Positions 10,701-18,744 of a stretch of 64,000 nt of DNA are shown piece by piece. The translations under genes and the position numbers were made by a program. Position 1 is the first letter of the stretch. Every line of letters begins with the position of its first letter. The notes below the pieces were generated by a model that saw only the letters and a program-made list of their open reading frames with translations, had not been told where the DNA came from and did not search any database. The DNA comes from a virus: IMG/VR virus record IMGVR_UViG_3300045988_108148; one strand, written 5' to 3'.

Positions 10701-11912
10701 TTCACATCTAGGCCAACTGCTTCTGGGTCAAATAGTGGAGGTAATACATGGTATCCAGATGCTACATATAGTGCATCAGCTACTACTTGGATAAGTACCG
10801 GTAGTTATGATACAGTAACTAAACAGATTGTATATGATGAAAGTATTGGTGGTTATTGGACAGATCCTATAAAATTCTCTGGAAAAGATGGTGAGAAAGG
10901 TGATAAAGGAGACAAAGGTGATAAAGGAAATACTGGAGCACCTGGTTCAGATGGATGGAATGGTCCATCTTTAAGTTATCGTGGAGACTTTGATTATAAT
11001 AAATATTATGCATGGACAGTAAATCCAGATGTAAGAGACACCGTTAAATATAACGGAAAATATTACATGGTCGCAGATTCTAGAAGAAATTGGGGTTCGT
11101 TTCATAATGTTTATCCTACTAATGAAAGTTATTGGACAGTATTTGGAGCTAGTTTTGAATCTGTCGCAACTGGATTGTTATTTGCAGAAAAAGCAACTAT
11201 AGCTGGAATGGATTTTTATAATAATTGTATTCAAGCTCAAACTGGTAGATTTTTTATAGATGGGCGTTCAGCTTCTGATCTTGCTGGTTTGCCAATTATG
11301 TCATTTGGTGAAAATGCTTCTAAAGATGGAGTTCCGAGTTCTACTGCTGCAATAAAAATCTATGGTGGGGGTACTATTACTGTTGGTAATGGAACGGTAT
11401 CATCAAATGCTGGAATAACTGGACAAAATTATCCAACTGGAAATCCAGTTAGATTTTGGGCTGGAAATACTTTTGAAAGTAGAGAAAATGCTCCATTTAT
11501 TGTATATCAAAACGGTAGTATAAAAGCAACTAATGCAAATTTAACTGGAAGTTTTCAAACAACAAGCAGTGGTAATAAAGTAGTTATTAGTAATAGTAAC
11601 TCTATTTCTATGTACAACTCTGGTGGTCAACTTACATTATCAACTGGATTTTCTAGTTATGCATCAGGTTATGATATTGGTAATTTATCTTTTTACGCTA
11701 GAAATACATCAGGAAATGTATTAGGGCAAATTACAATGAATGCAGTGGGTATAACTATTGGAGGTGCTTCGAACGTTTTCCGTTTAGGTTTGTATTCTGC
11801 TGGATATATGAGAATGAATCATACTTCCATGCCTAATGATGGTACTTTATCTTCGTATCCATCGGGTACTATTTATAGAACATCTGATAATTACTTAAAA
11901 ATAAAACCATAA
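7719..11912 (+). CDS. tail fibre/spike protein (1397 aa) with collagen-like segment
   Basis: The N-terminal ISQFELTTKLQEQDLITLVQDGSNKNIT motif is typical of podovirus fibre attachment domains. It also has a long beta-rich Thr/Ser/Gly composition and a G-X-Y run. Confidence 0.7.
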   Translation: MNKKISQFELTTKLQEQDLITLVQDGSNKNITSGSFTTSLSGTFATNERVDAVEEDVEILDTKVNDNYKDLSNKIVEGDTSVTTNLNSAITSYYDVLNNKIITLDTKHDTDMSEIGGTMQEWIDDIDNRSTLQQLQDALNRLTVAENTITALSELIANGGGSGSAPGYHTQSTATIFPLSGYYKANDASPLTTTDTLNQALSKLENQVEAVASSSGSLPVIKRGESTPPSDYFLYTSAKVAEDYINKHGDEVDGRIDYITGWQGGKTFRQGWDGVGASLYPLGSKWNLELDNLFVRGNMTVNELTVNEIKAVGGDILVTVADMKCVKVEELADSYKCYFDTEDGTKHNQFIANDLAICQKFDGHNVKRYWRKVNATGTDCIYLSKDVCEPGSGKPEADDEILQLGHMYESDPDYNLQMDERRNAIFISAKGENAPRISFYKNIDTFSLADEDGLTRERVVIGGNETKFIGTISQTSGNDIVRVPVYKGVWVAGNTYFYYDQVTHKGSLWICMNPNGTKDEPSETDDEWQKQVAKGDDGKSGDDVAKWVEIVGDRLFLFQTPDFSGVPEPTSIHLTANVYGIEAPVYEWTYQDGSGTIISHQSSIDFPYTSMPTSSRTLTLRCTVTHSDGTKYYDDVQLAKLSNGAEGLDAYYIDLTNGTVAIPFASDGVTPLVDLSTISTAVYAYRGINQVAIKTITTNTSQGIATVSINANTITLTSISTASAAIDLNVTLEDGVSVTKTWYINKTSNGENGFNGEDATYVTMSGDQFFHYKSGALIPDPTTITLTTDAFNLLSPTFQWYWAIAGTYDWQLLQNETKNTLVVSYNGVYFTSTGKDEITFKCEVSGSGTVYSDFMTINNVRDGENVYRGILTNENASVPADSAGVVSSYNTATTQARLKYGSQEITDFKLITTLQTGTGTLSYTQSTQTIKCTQLGTDYALWRVDFVTPATGGTVVDSVDFVLTKAKSGTDGNPGTSPIPIYCNTTGNKPSRPTFTSRPTASGSNSGGNTWYPDATYSASATTWISTGSYDTVTKQIVYDESIGGYWTDPIKFSGKDGEKGDKGDKGDKGNTGAPGSDGWNGPSLSYRGDFDYNKYYAWTVNPDVRDTVKYNGKYYMVADSRRNWGSFHNVYPTNESYWTVFGASFESVATGLLFAEKATIAGMDFYNNCIQAQTGRFFIDGRSASDLAGLPIMSFGENASKDGVPSSTAAIKIYGGGTITVGNGTVSSNAGITGQNYPTGNPVRFWAGNTFESRENAPFIVYQNGSIKATNANLTGSFQTTSSGNKVVISNSNSISMYNSGGQLTLSTGFSSYASGYDIGNLSFYARNTSGNVLGQITMNAVGITIGGASNVFRLGLYSAGYMRMNHTSMPNDGTLSSYPSGTIYRTSDNYLKIKP
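10881..10967 (+). repeat. collagen-like G-X-Y repeat (GKD GEK GDK GDK GDK GNT GAP GSD GWN) inside fibre gene
   Basis: Read directly from the translation and from the ggtgataaagga/gacaaaggt DNA periodicity. Confidence 0.85.
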
Positions 11913-11913
11913 T

Positions 11914-12252
11914 ATGAAATTATCTTTAGTAGATAGAGTTATAATAATAAATTCTATATTGCCAACCACTGGCACAATTGAACAAATTAGAACAATTCTA
12001 TCAATAAAAAACAAAATAAAATTAACAGAGCAAGAAAATGCATCTTTAAAAATAACAGTACCATATAATAATATTATCCAAATTGATAATATTACAGATA
12101 CAATGTTGTTAAGAGATACAGTATATAGTTTTTCTGTAGCTGAAATAGAATTATTAAAGTTGTTCTCTAATTCCATTAATTCAAATGGATGGGTAACTGA
12201 ATCTAGTTTAAGTACAGTAGAATATTTAATCAATTATACAATTGAAGAATAA
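11914..12252 (+). CDS. small protein between fibre genes (possible fibre chaperone/adaptor)
   Basis: The ATG lies 2 nt after the upstream stop, and its stop overlaps the next ATG (taATGa). A mirror ORF on the minus strand was rejected. Confidence 0.5.
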   Translation: MKLSLVDRVIIINSILPTTGTIEQIRTILSIKNKIKLTEQENASLKITVPYNNIIQIDNITDTMLLRDTVYSFSVAEIELLKLFSNSINSNGWVTESSLSTVEYLINYTIEE

Positions 12253-15200
12253 TGATTAAGAATAATGTATATTATGAGTGGTTTGCAAGTATAACCGTAC
12301 CCAATCCAGATCAGGTTGGGTACTGGGTTGACTTGGGAGCAGATTCAAAAGGTAGAATAATTAAAGTTTACAATCGTGATATAGAAAAATGGATTGTACT
12401 CTTTGATGTAAGTAAAGATGACTATGTACCACCATTTATTGGTTCTAATGGCAACTGGTGGGTAGACAATAGAGATACTGGGGTAAAAGCTACTGCAGAG
12501 ACTCCATATATAGGTGAGAATGATCATTGGTTTACTTATGATCCTATCAACAAAGTATATGTAGATACAGGTATAGAAGCTCGTGGTCTTAGTGCTTACG
12601 ATATTGCAGTTAAATTAGGTTTCAAAGGTAGTGAACAAGATTGGATTGATAGTTTAAGTAAAGCATCTGAAGATGCTGCTGTTGCTGCACTAGATGCAGC
12701 TAACAAAGCAAATGAAGCTGCAGATAAAGCTAATCAAGCTGTAACAGATATTGAAGGTATAGTTGATGATGCTATCGCTGCTACTGATAAAGCTGAAGAA
12801 ATTGCTAGTAATCCACCAAAGATCGTAGATAATGATTGGTGGATTTATGACTACGATACTAAACAATATGTTAATACTGGTATAGCTGCTATTGGTGATG
12901 CTTTCACTTACAAGAAGGAATATCCTTCAGTAGAAGCAATGGAAGCTGATTGGGGTACTGCTGATGTAAAGTTAGGTGAGTATGTACTTATTAATACTAA
13001 TAATGTAGAAGATCCTGATGATGCTAAAGTTTACTTAAAGACTCAAGAAGGCTGGAAGTTTATTGTTGACTTATCTGGTATGCAAGGTATTCAAGGTTGG
13101 TCAGCATATGAACTTGCAGTAAAACATGGTTTTGTAGGTACTGAAGAAGAGTGGGTTCAATCATTAAAACAACCTGCATTAGATGCAGCAGCAGAAGCAT
13201 TAGAAGCTAAAGCTCAAGTAGAAGCTACTGAAAAAGCTGTTAAAGAAGCAGAAGCATTACGTGTTACTGCGGAACAAGGTAGAGTCAATGCTGAAAATAC
13301 CAGAGTAAGCAATGAGAATACACGCATCTCTAATGAAGATAACAGGAAAGCAGAAGAGTCTAAAAGGGTAACTGCTGAGAATGCTCGTATTGCTGCTGAA
13401 ACTTCTAGAAAAGAAGCAGAGTCTAGTAGGGTTAATGCAGAGTCAGATCGTGTAGAAGCTGAAGGTGCAAGAGCAGCAGCAGAGCAATTAAGGGCAAATT
13501 CTGAAAGTGAACGTAACACTAAGGAAAAAGAACGTATAGCTAATGAAGCAATTAGAGTTGCATCTGAAAGTGAAAGAGTAACTGCTGAGACTTCTAGAAA
13601 GGAGGAAGAAGCTAAGCGTGTAGAAGCAGAAACAGCTCGTGATACAGCAGAACAGGAAAGGGAATCAAATGAAGCCACTAGACAGGCAAATGAGGCGATT
13701 AGAGAGACTCAAGAGGCTGCAAGGGAAAAGAATACAGCTGATGCTATAACTGCCGTAAATGAGGCTAAAACAGCTGCACAACAAGCTACTACAAATGCAA
13801 CTACTGCTGCTAATAATGCTAACACTCAAGCAGCGAGAGCTAAAGAATATGCAGACAATCCTCCCAAAGTAGGAGAAGATGGTTATTGGTATCTTTGGGA
13901 TGAAGTTGATGATGTATATGTAAATACCGGTTGGCCATCTTCAGGTATTATTTTAAAAGGTAGACTTAACAGTCCAGAGGAACTAGGTGATATAGTAGAT
14001 CCGCAACTTAGTGATTCTTATATTGTTGGTACAGACTTATACTTTTGGAATGGTACAGAGTGGGTTAACATGGGTAGATTCCAAGGACCTCAAGGAGAAC
14101 CCGGTAAAGATGCTGAACTTAGTAAAGCAGCTATTGAAGCTGTATTAGTAGGTGAAGTAACTACTCATACTCATGATACTAGGTATTATACTAAGGATCA
14201 AACTGATGCTAATATAAAGGTAGTAGCAGATGATCTTGCTAACAACTACTATAATAAATCCCAAGTAGATAGTAAATTTACTTCTGTGTACATCTTTAAG
14301 GGATCTGTAGATAGTGTAGAAGATTTACCTACTGAAGGTAATGTGATTGGTGATGTATGGAATGTTCGTAAGAACGATACTAACTATGCATGGACAAGTG
14401 AAGGTTGGGATGCATTAGGAGGTACTGCTGAATTATCTTCATTAACTGCTAATGGTTTGATGTCCAAAGAAGATTTTGCAAAGTTACAAGGTATTGAAGC
14501 AGGTGCACAAGTCAATAAGATTGAAACCATTACTAAAAGAGTACTTTTGAATGTTGTAGATAAAAATGTAACTATACCAGAAGATATCGCAATTAGTCCA
14601 GATGAACCTACCAACAATGAAATCATCTGGATGGATACTGATGAAGATTATGACTTTACATTTGATGGGTATAGTAAAGTAGATGCTGATGCAAGATTTG
14701 TTCATCAAGTAGAGGGAAAAGATTTATCTACTAATGACTACAGTAATGCTGACAAAAATAAAGTAGATAATCTTAATAGTTACGTAACTAGTGGTAGTTT
14801 TGTACAAGATGCAAATAATGCTGCTATTACGTTGAATATTAAAGATCCTGTTACAGATAATAATTCCAATCAAGTACTCACTATTAACAAAGCTACCAGT
14901 ACTACTGCAGGTGTAATGTCTGCTGCTGATAAGACTAAGCTTGATGGGTTGAGTAATTACGATGATTCTACAATTACTCAGGACATTACCAACATAAAAG
15001 CAAACAAACTTGAGACAATTGAAGTAACTGGTACAGGTAATGTAATTACTACAGCTACTAAGAATGGTACTAAGATTGCATTTGCTAAAGGTATTACTGC
15101 AATGACTCAAGATGCTAGCGATGCCAGATATGTCAAAAAGGCAGGAGATACCATGACAGGTGCTCTTAATATAACGGCTGCTGGATACAATACTGAAGTT

Positions 15201-17033
15201 TCTTTAGATGGATTAAAATTAGAGACTTCTAAAACCAGTGCTAATGCAAAAGGTTTATTTTTTAGAAACTTTGATAAAACTGGTTATATTGGTGGAATTG
15301 GAATGTTTTCTACTGGAAACGGATCTATATATAGAGCTTATAATGCTTATGTAGGATGGGATAATAGTCCTTGGGATAGTGCTAATAATCTTACTGTATC
15401 TAAAGATGCATTTACTTATAAGAATAATAAAATATGGCATGCTGGTAATGATGGTTCAGGTAGTGGTTTGGATGCTGATTTGTTAGATGGATACCATGCT
15501 GGATATAAAAATGGTGATCTTGCATTATATATTAATCTTCCAAAAATAACTGATTTAATAAGTCAGGGTTTATTAAGATCAGATTATGAGACAGTTGGCT
15601 ATCCGACAGAGGATTTTTTGATTGCATTATGTAAATGGGCAATAAACAATTATATTGGTGAAACTTCCCATGTATTGCTACAAGGAGAGATTACTCCTGC
15701 TGTCTCGGGGTGGTGTGTTTTGGGTCTTTATGCTAATGATGGAAAAGATAACGCAACAGGATTACCAAAATATTGTTCAGGTCAAGTAAACTTAATTAAT
15801 AAAAGCTCCATATTATTCGGTTCTTATAATGGAACCTGGTATTATAAAACATTAGTAGATACTTCTAATCTAGAAGATACTCTAGCATACTGGTATGAAA
15901 ATGATGAAAACAATTCATCCACAACATGTGCAACAGGTGGTAATAGAAATGTAATTGAATCATTAAGAAGTAAGTTTAAGAGATGCATCGCTATGCCTAG
16001 TGGTGATGATGCTGCATTAATTAGTTATTGTAATGAAGAGGATAGTTCTAAATGGCCAGATAGTACAAACATTACAATTATGAACAACCATCAAAATAGA
16101 ATGGTTTATTTTCCAAAATACTATCACAAAACTATAGAGAGAAGCCCTGGCATTTGGAGAACCTATATATCTGAACAGCAAATAGATAGTAATTACATTG
16201 AAGAACCTGAAATGTTATTAGCTTCATTTGAAGGAGCGATAAACATAGAAGGTATGTTGATAAGTACAGCTTCACAGACAAGTGCAGCTTCAAAAACAAT
16301 GGCTGAGTTTGTTACAGCAGCTAAAACACATGGATCTTTATGGGGTATTGGTGATTATAGATCTCATGCAACTATAGCTAGAATGTTTTGTGCTTACTAT
16401 AAGACTACTAACATTAGTACAAGTAATAGTGCTATTCCATGTTCTGGAGGTACTAAGAGATATGACTACGGTAAGACTGGTGGGACAATAGCTCTTGGTA
16501 ATAAAGACGGTAAAGCTGCAGTTGTAGAAGATACAGGATATTACTCAACTAACTTCTTAGGACTTGAAGACTGCTATTACAGTAAGTGGGAGTTTGTACA
16601 AGGAATAAACATTTTAAAAGGTAAATACGTTGTATATGACGGAGGTTCATTCCCAGATAAGGATGTAGCAGAGCTTGAAGCAGCAGGTGCTACTAATATC
16701 AGAGTTGTGGGATATGAACCTAATCCAGCTGCAACAGCAGCATATAATGGATGGACTAAAGCCGTAGCTCAAGGCAAATATGGTGATGTAGTTCCTACAG
16801 CACATGGTGGATCTGAAACTACTTACTATTCCGATTATAGCTGGTTTAATCCAACAGGAAATAGAATCTTTCTACGGTCGGGTCGTTCGGCTAATGGTTC
16901 TCGGTGCGGGGTCTTCGTGGCTAGTGCTGGTAATGCTTCCTCGCTGTCGTGGGCGAATCTCGGTGCAAGATTAGCCTTTTATGGTAAGATCGTTGTAGTT
17001 GATTCAGATACATTTAAGAAAATGCAGGCATAG
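12252..17033 (+). CDS. tail fibre / receptor-binding protein (1593 aa), DGR target with C-type-lectin-like variable C-terminus
   Basis: Fibre motifs are SAYDIAVKLGFKGSEQDWIDSL, SAYELAVKHGFVGTEEEWVQSL and repeated G..WW.Y/D motifs. It also has a long coiled coil and LSTNDYSNADKNKVDNL-type repeats. The C-terminus ...RSANGSRCGVFVASAGNASSLSWANLGARLAFYG carries the VR. Confidence 0.85.
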   Translation: MIKNNVYYEWFASITVPNPDQVGYWVDLGADSKGRIIKVYNRDIEKWIVLFDVSKDDYVPPFIGSNGNWWVDNRDTGVKATAETPYIGENDHWFTYDPINKVYVDTGIEARGLSAYDIAVKLGFKGSEQDWIDSLSKASEDAAVAALDAANKANEAADKANQAVTDIEGIVDDAIAATDKAEEIASNPPKIVDNDWWIYDYDTKQYVNTGIAAIGDAFTYKKEYPSVEAMEADWGTADVKLGEYVLINTNNVEDPDDAKVYLKTQEGWKFIVDLSGMQGIQGWSAYELAVKHGFVGTEEEWVQSLKQPALDAAAEALEAKAQVEATEKAVKEAEALRVTAEQGRVNAENTRVSNENTRISNEDNRKAEESKRVTAENARIAAETSRKEAESSRVNAESDRVEAEGARAAAEQLRANSESERNTKEKERIANEAIRVASESERVTAETSRKEEEAKRVEAETARDTAEQERESNEATRQANEAIRETQEAAREKNTADAITAVNEAKTAAQQATTNATTAANNANTQAARAKEYADNPPKVGEDGYWYLWDEVDDVYVNTGWPSSGIILKGRLNSPEELGDIVDPQLSDSYIVGTDLYFWNGTEWVNMGRFQGPQGEPGKDAELSKAAIEAVLVGEVTTHTHDTRYYTKDQTDANIKVVADDLANNYYNKSQVDSKFTSVYIFKGSVDSVEDLPTEGNVIGDVWNVRKNDTNYAWTSEGWDALGGTAELSSLTANGLMSKEDFAKLQGIEAGAQVNKIETITKRVLLNVVDKNVTIPEDIAISPDEPTNNEIIWMDTDEDYDFTFDGYSKVDADARFVHQVEGKDLSTNDYSNADKNKVDNLNSYVTSGSFVQDANNAAITLNIKDPVTDNNSNQVLTINKATSTTAGVMSAADKTKLDGLSNYDDSTITQDITNIKANKLETIEVTGTGNVITTATKNGTKIAFAKGITAMTQDASDARYVKKAGDTMTGALNITAAGYNTEVSLDGLKLETSKTSANAKGLFFRNFDKTGYIGGIGMFSTGNGSIYRAYNAYVGWDNSPWDSANNLTVSKDAFTYKNNKIWHAGNDGSGSGLDADLLDGYHAGYKNGDLALYINLPKITDLISQGLLRSDYETVGYPTEDFLIALCKWAINNYIGETSHVLLQGEITPAVSGWCVLGLYANDGKDNATGLPKYCSGQVNLINKSSILFGSYNGTWYYKTLVDTSNLEDTLAYWYENDENNSSTTCATGGNRNVIESLRSKFKRCIAMPSGDDAALISYCNEEDSSKWPDSTNITIMNNHQNRMVYFPKYYHKTIERSPGIWRTYISEQQIDSNYIEEPEMLLASFEGAINIEGMLISTASQTSAASKTMAEFVTAAKTHGSLWGIGDYRSHATIARMFCAYYKTTNISTSNSAIPCSGGTKRYDYGKTGGTIALGNKDGKAAVVEDTGYYSTNFLGLEDCYYSKWEFVQGINILKGKYVVYDGGSFPDKDVAELEAAGATNIRVVGYEPNPAATAAYNGWTKAVAQGKYGDVVPTAHGGSETTYYSDYSWFNPTGNRIFLRSGRSANGSRCGVFVASAGNASSLSWANLGARLAFYGKIVVVDSDTFKKMQA
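13250..13735 (+). repeat. about 11-residue-periodic (hendecad-like) Ala/Glu/Arg coiled-coil repeat region of the fibre shaft
   Basis: Repeating units RVTAEQGRVNAENTRVSNENTRISNEDNRKAEESKRVTAENARIAAETSRKEAESSRVNAESDRVEAEGAR... Confidence 0.8.
16869..16968 (+). repeat. DGR variable repeat (VR); the secure core is 16875..16968
   Basis: Ungapped match to 17140..17239 (offset 271 nt). Of 29 mismatches per 100 nt, 28 lie opposite TR adenines. A local GC spike is caused by A->G/C replacement. Confidence 0.9.
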
Positions 17034-17139
17034 TCCTGAGTAATATAGATAATTAAATATTAATAACAAGGGCGGGATCTAAAAGAATTACTATGAGATG
17101 ACTTTATAGTAAGACTGCTGTCACATTATTTCATACTTG

Positions 17140-17239
17140 AAAAAACAGTCAGGTAATTCAGATAATGGTTCTCGATGCAGAGTCTTCATAGCTAATGCTA
17201 ATAATGCATCCTCGAATTCATAGACGAATATCAGTGAAA
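17140..17239 (+). repeat. DGR template repeat (TR), non-coding
   Basis: It contains 38 adenines in 100 nt and 7 AAT codons in the VR frame. An in-frame TAG shows it is not translated. It lies in a 349-nt ORF-free gap upstream of the RT. Confidence 0.9.
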
Positions 17240-17382
17240 TTTTGGAACTAACAGATACTTTCAGATAATTACAAAAATGTTTGTTGAACTTAGATCAGCC
17301 TTACCTCTAGGTAAAAGATAACAGGTGCTTTGAAGAGACCCTAGTAGTATTGTGCGAACGGGTCTTACCACCAAAATAGCTT

Positions 17383-18423
17383 ATGAAAAGAATAGGCAAT
17401 TTATTTAACAGGATAATATCATATGAAAATCTGGTCCGGGCTGAAAAGAAGGCTAGGCTAGGTAAAACTAAAAGATACGGCGTTAAGAAATTTGACAGGA
17501 ATCCACATGAAAATCTGGTCCGGTTACAAAAGGCATTAATAGAAGATACTTATCGTACTTCGGAATACTGCGTATATACAATCATCGCCGATCGTGGTAA
17601 CAAAGAAAGAGAAATATATAGGCTACCGTATTATCCAGACAGAATAGTCCATCATGCTATAATGAATGTTATAGAACCTTACCTTGTTAGTAGATTTACT
17701 GCAGATACCTTTAACTGTTTAAAAGGAAGAGGTATTCATTATGGAGTAAAGAGATTAAAAAGAGATTTAAAAGCTGATAAAGAAGGCACAAAATATTGTT
17801 TAAAATTAGATATTAAAAAGTTCTTTCCTTCTATAGATCAAGATGTGTTATATTCACAATTTGAAAAGGTATTTAAGGATAAGAAACTATTAAGATTATT
17901 ACATCATGTAGTTTATTCTACACCAAAAGGTTTTCCAATTGGAAATTACATATCTCAATTTGCAGCAAATTTGAATTTGACTTGGTTCGATAGGTGGATT
18001 AAACAAGTATTAAAAATAAAATATTATTACAGGTATTGTGATGATATTGTTATATTACACCCAGATAAAGATTACTTAAGATATTGCTTACAAGAGATTG
18101 AAAAATATCTAGCTGATAACTTGAAATTAAAAATAAAACGTAATTGGCAGATATTTCCTGTAGAAGTAAGAGGTATAGATTTTATTGGTTATGTATTTTA
18201 CCACGGTCATACTTTACTCAGGAAAGATATCAAAAAGAAGTTTATTCATAAATTAAGTTATAAAAGTAATAATAAGAGGCTAGCATCACTAGCAGCTTAT
18301 TGGGGATGGTGTAAATATGGAAGCTGTCATAATTTATGGTATCGCTTTACGAGATCTTATAATTTTAAAGATTATAGACAAAAATTATTAAGTGATGATG
18401 GAATTAAAAAAAGTACAGGGTGA
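17383..18423 (+). CDS. DGR reverse transcriptase
   Basis: RT motifs are LDIKKFFPSID, the DGR-diagnostic PIGNYISQFAANL and the catalytic YCDD (RYCDDIVIL). The size (346 aa) and position 143 nt after the TR also fit. Confidence 0.9.
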   Translation: MKRIGNLFNRIISYENLVRAEKKARLGKTKRYGVKKFDRNPHENLVRLQKALIEDTYRTSEYCVYTIIADRGNKEREIYRLPYYPDRIVHHAIMNVIEPYLVSRFTADTFNCLKGRGIHYGVKRLKRDLKADKEGTKYCLKLDIKKFFPSIDQDVLYSQFEKVFKDKKLLRLLHHVVYSTPKGFPIGNYISQFAANLNLTWFDRWIKQVLKIKYYYRYCDDIVILHPDKDYLRYCLQEIEKYLADNLKLKIKRNWQIFPVEVRGIDFIGYVFYHGHTLLRKDIKKKFIHKLSYKSNNKRLASLAAYWGWCKYGSCHNLWYRFTRSYNFKDYRQKLLSDDGIKKSTG

Positions 18424-18742
18424 TAATATACCTAAAGTAATAGAATACCTAGGAATGAATGAATGGGCAGTTAGATGGGATATTGAAGAAGTTAATTCTG
18501 AAGATATACATGGTTATGCTTATTATGAATTAAAATTCAATGAAGAACCAACCTACGATTCTTTTGTAAGTAAAATCATTAGAACAAAGTATAGTGCAGA
18601 TGAGGAAGCAGCATTAAAATCTAATATGGTTGAACAATTCATGAATGGAGAAATAATGCGTAGTCGTTTTGAAGAATGGCAAGCATTCCAAAATTGTAGA
18701 GACAATGCCAAATCTGTTGGTAGACAAATATTTAATATCTAA
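18392..18742 (+). CDS. small acidic protein downstream of RT (start ambiguous: GTG 18392, ATG 18395 or ATG 18455); possible fibre-assembly accessory
   Basis: The ORF overlaps the RT 3' end. The motif IIRTKYSADEEAALKSN...FEEWQAF resembles tail-fibre-assembly-associated domains. Net acidic charge. Confidence 0.45.
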   Translation: MMMELKKVQGDNIPKVIEYLGMNEWAVRWDIEEVNSEDIHGYAYYELKFNEEPTYDSFVSKIIRTKYSADEEAALKSNMVEQFMNGEIMRSRFEEWQAFQNCRDNAKSVGRQIFNI

Positions 18743-18744
18743 TT

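Larger units (their letters stand above)
16869..18423 (+). mobile_element. diversity-generating retroelement cassette (VR - TR - RT)
   Basis: A VR/TR repeat pair differing almost only at TR adenines, plus a downstream DGR-type RT. See the individual features. Confidence 0.9.

Noticed and set aside
11895-12233. 112-aa minus-strand ORF mirroring the plus-strand 112-aa ORF
   Set aside because: The plus-strand ORF is translationally coupled to both fibre genes. The minus-strand one would be an isolated antisense gene with a hydrophobic, low-complexity translation.
13214-13678. 154-aa minus-strand ORF inside the fibre coiled-coil region
   Set aside because: It is antisense to a strongly supported 1593-aa gene. 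The Ala/Ser/Leu-rich translation is the mirror image of the GCT/GAA-rich repeat, so it is a compositional artefact.
16808-16868. Extension of VR/TR homology further upstream (shared ggatct, tactat and tatag words near 16809 and 17075)
   Set aside because: It requires indels, and the identity between the shared words is at random level. The 5' boundary is therefore kept at 16869-16875.
18392-18742. The 116-aa ORF after the RT as the DGR accessory protein Avd
   Set aside because: It is net acidic and lies downstream of the RT rather than upstream of the TR. Its sequence looks more like a fibre-assembly-associated domain. This remains unresolved without a profile search.
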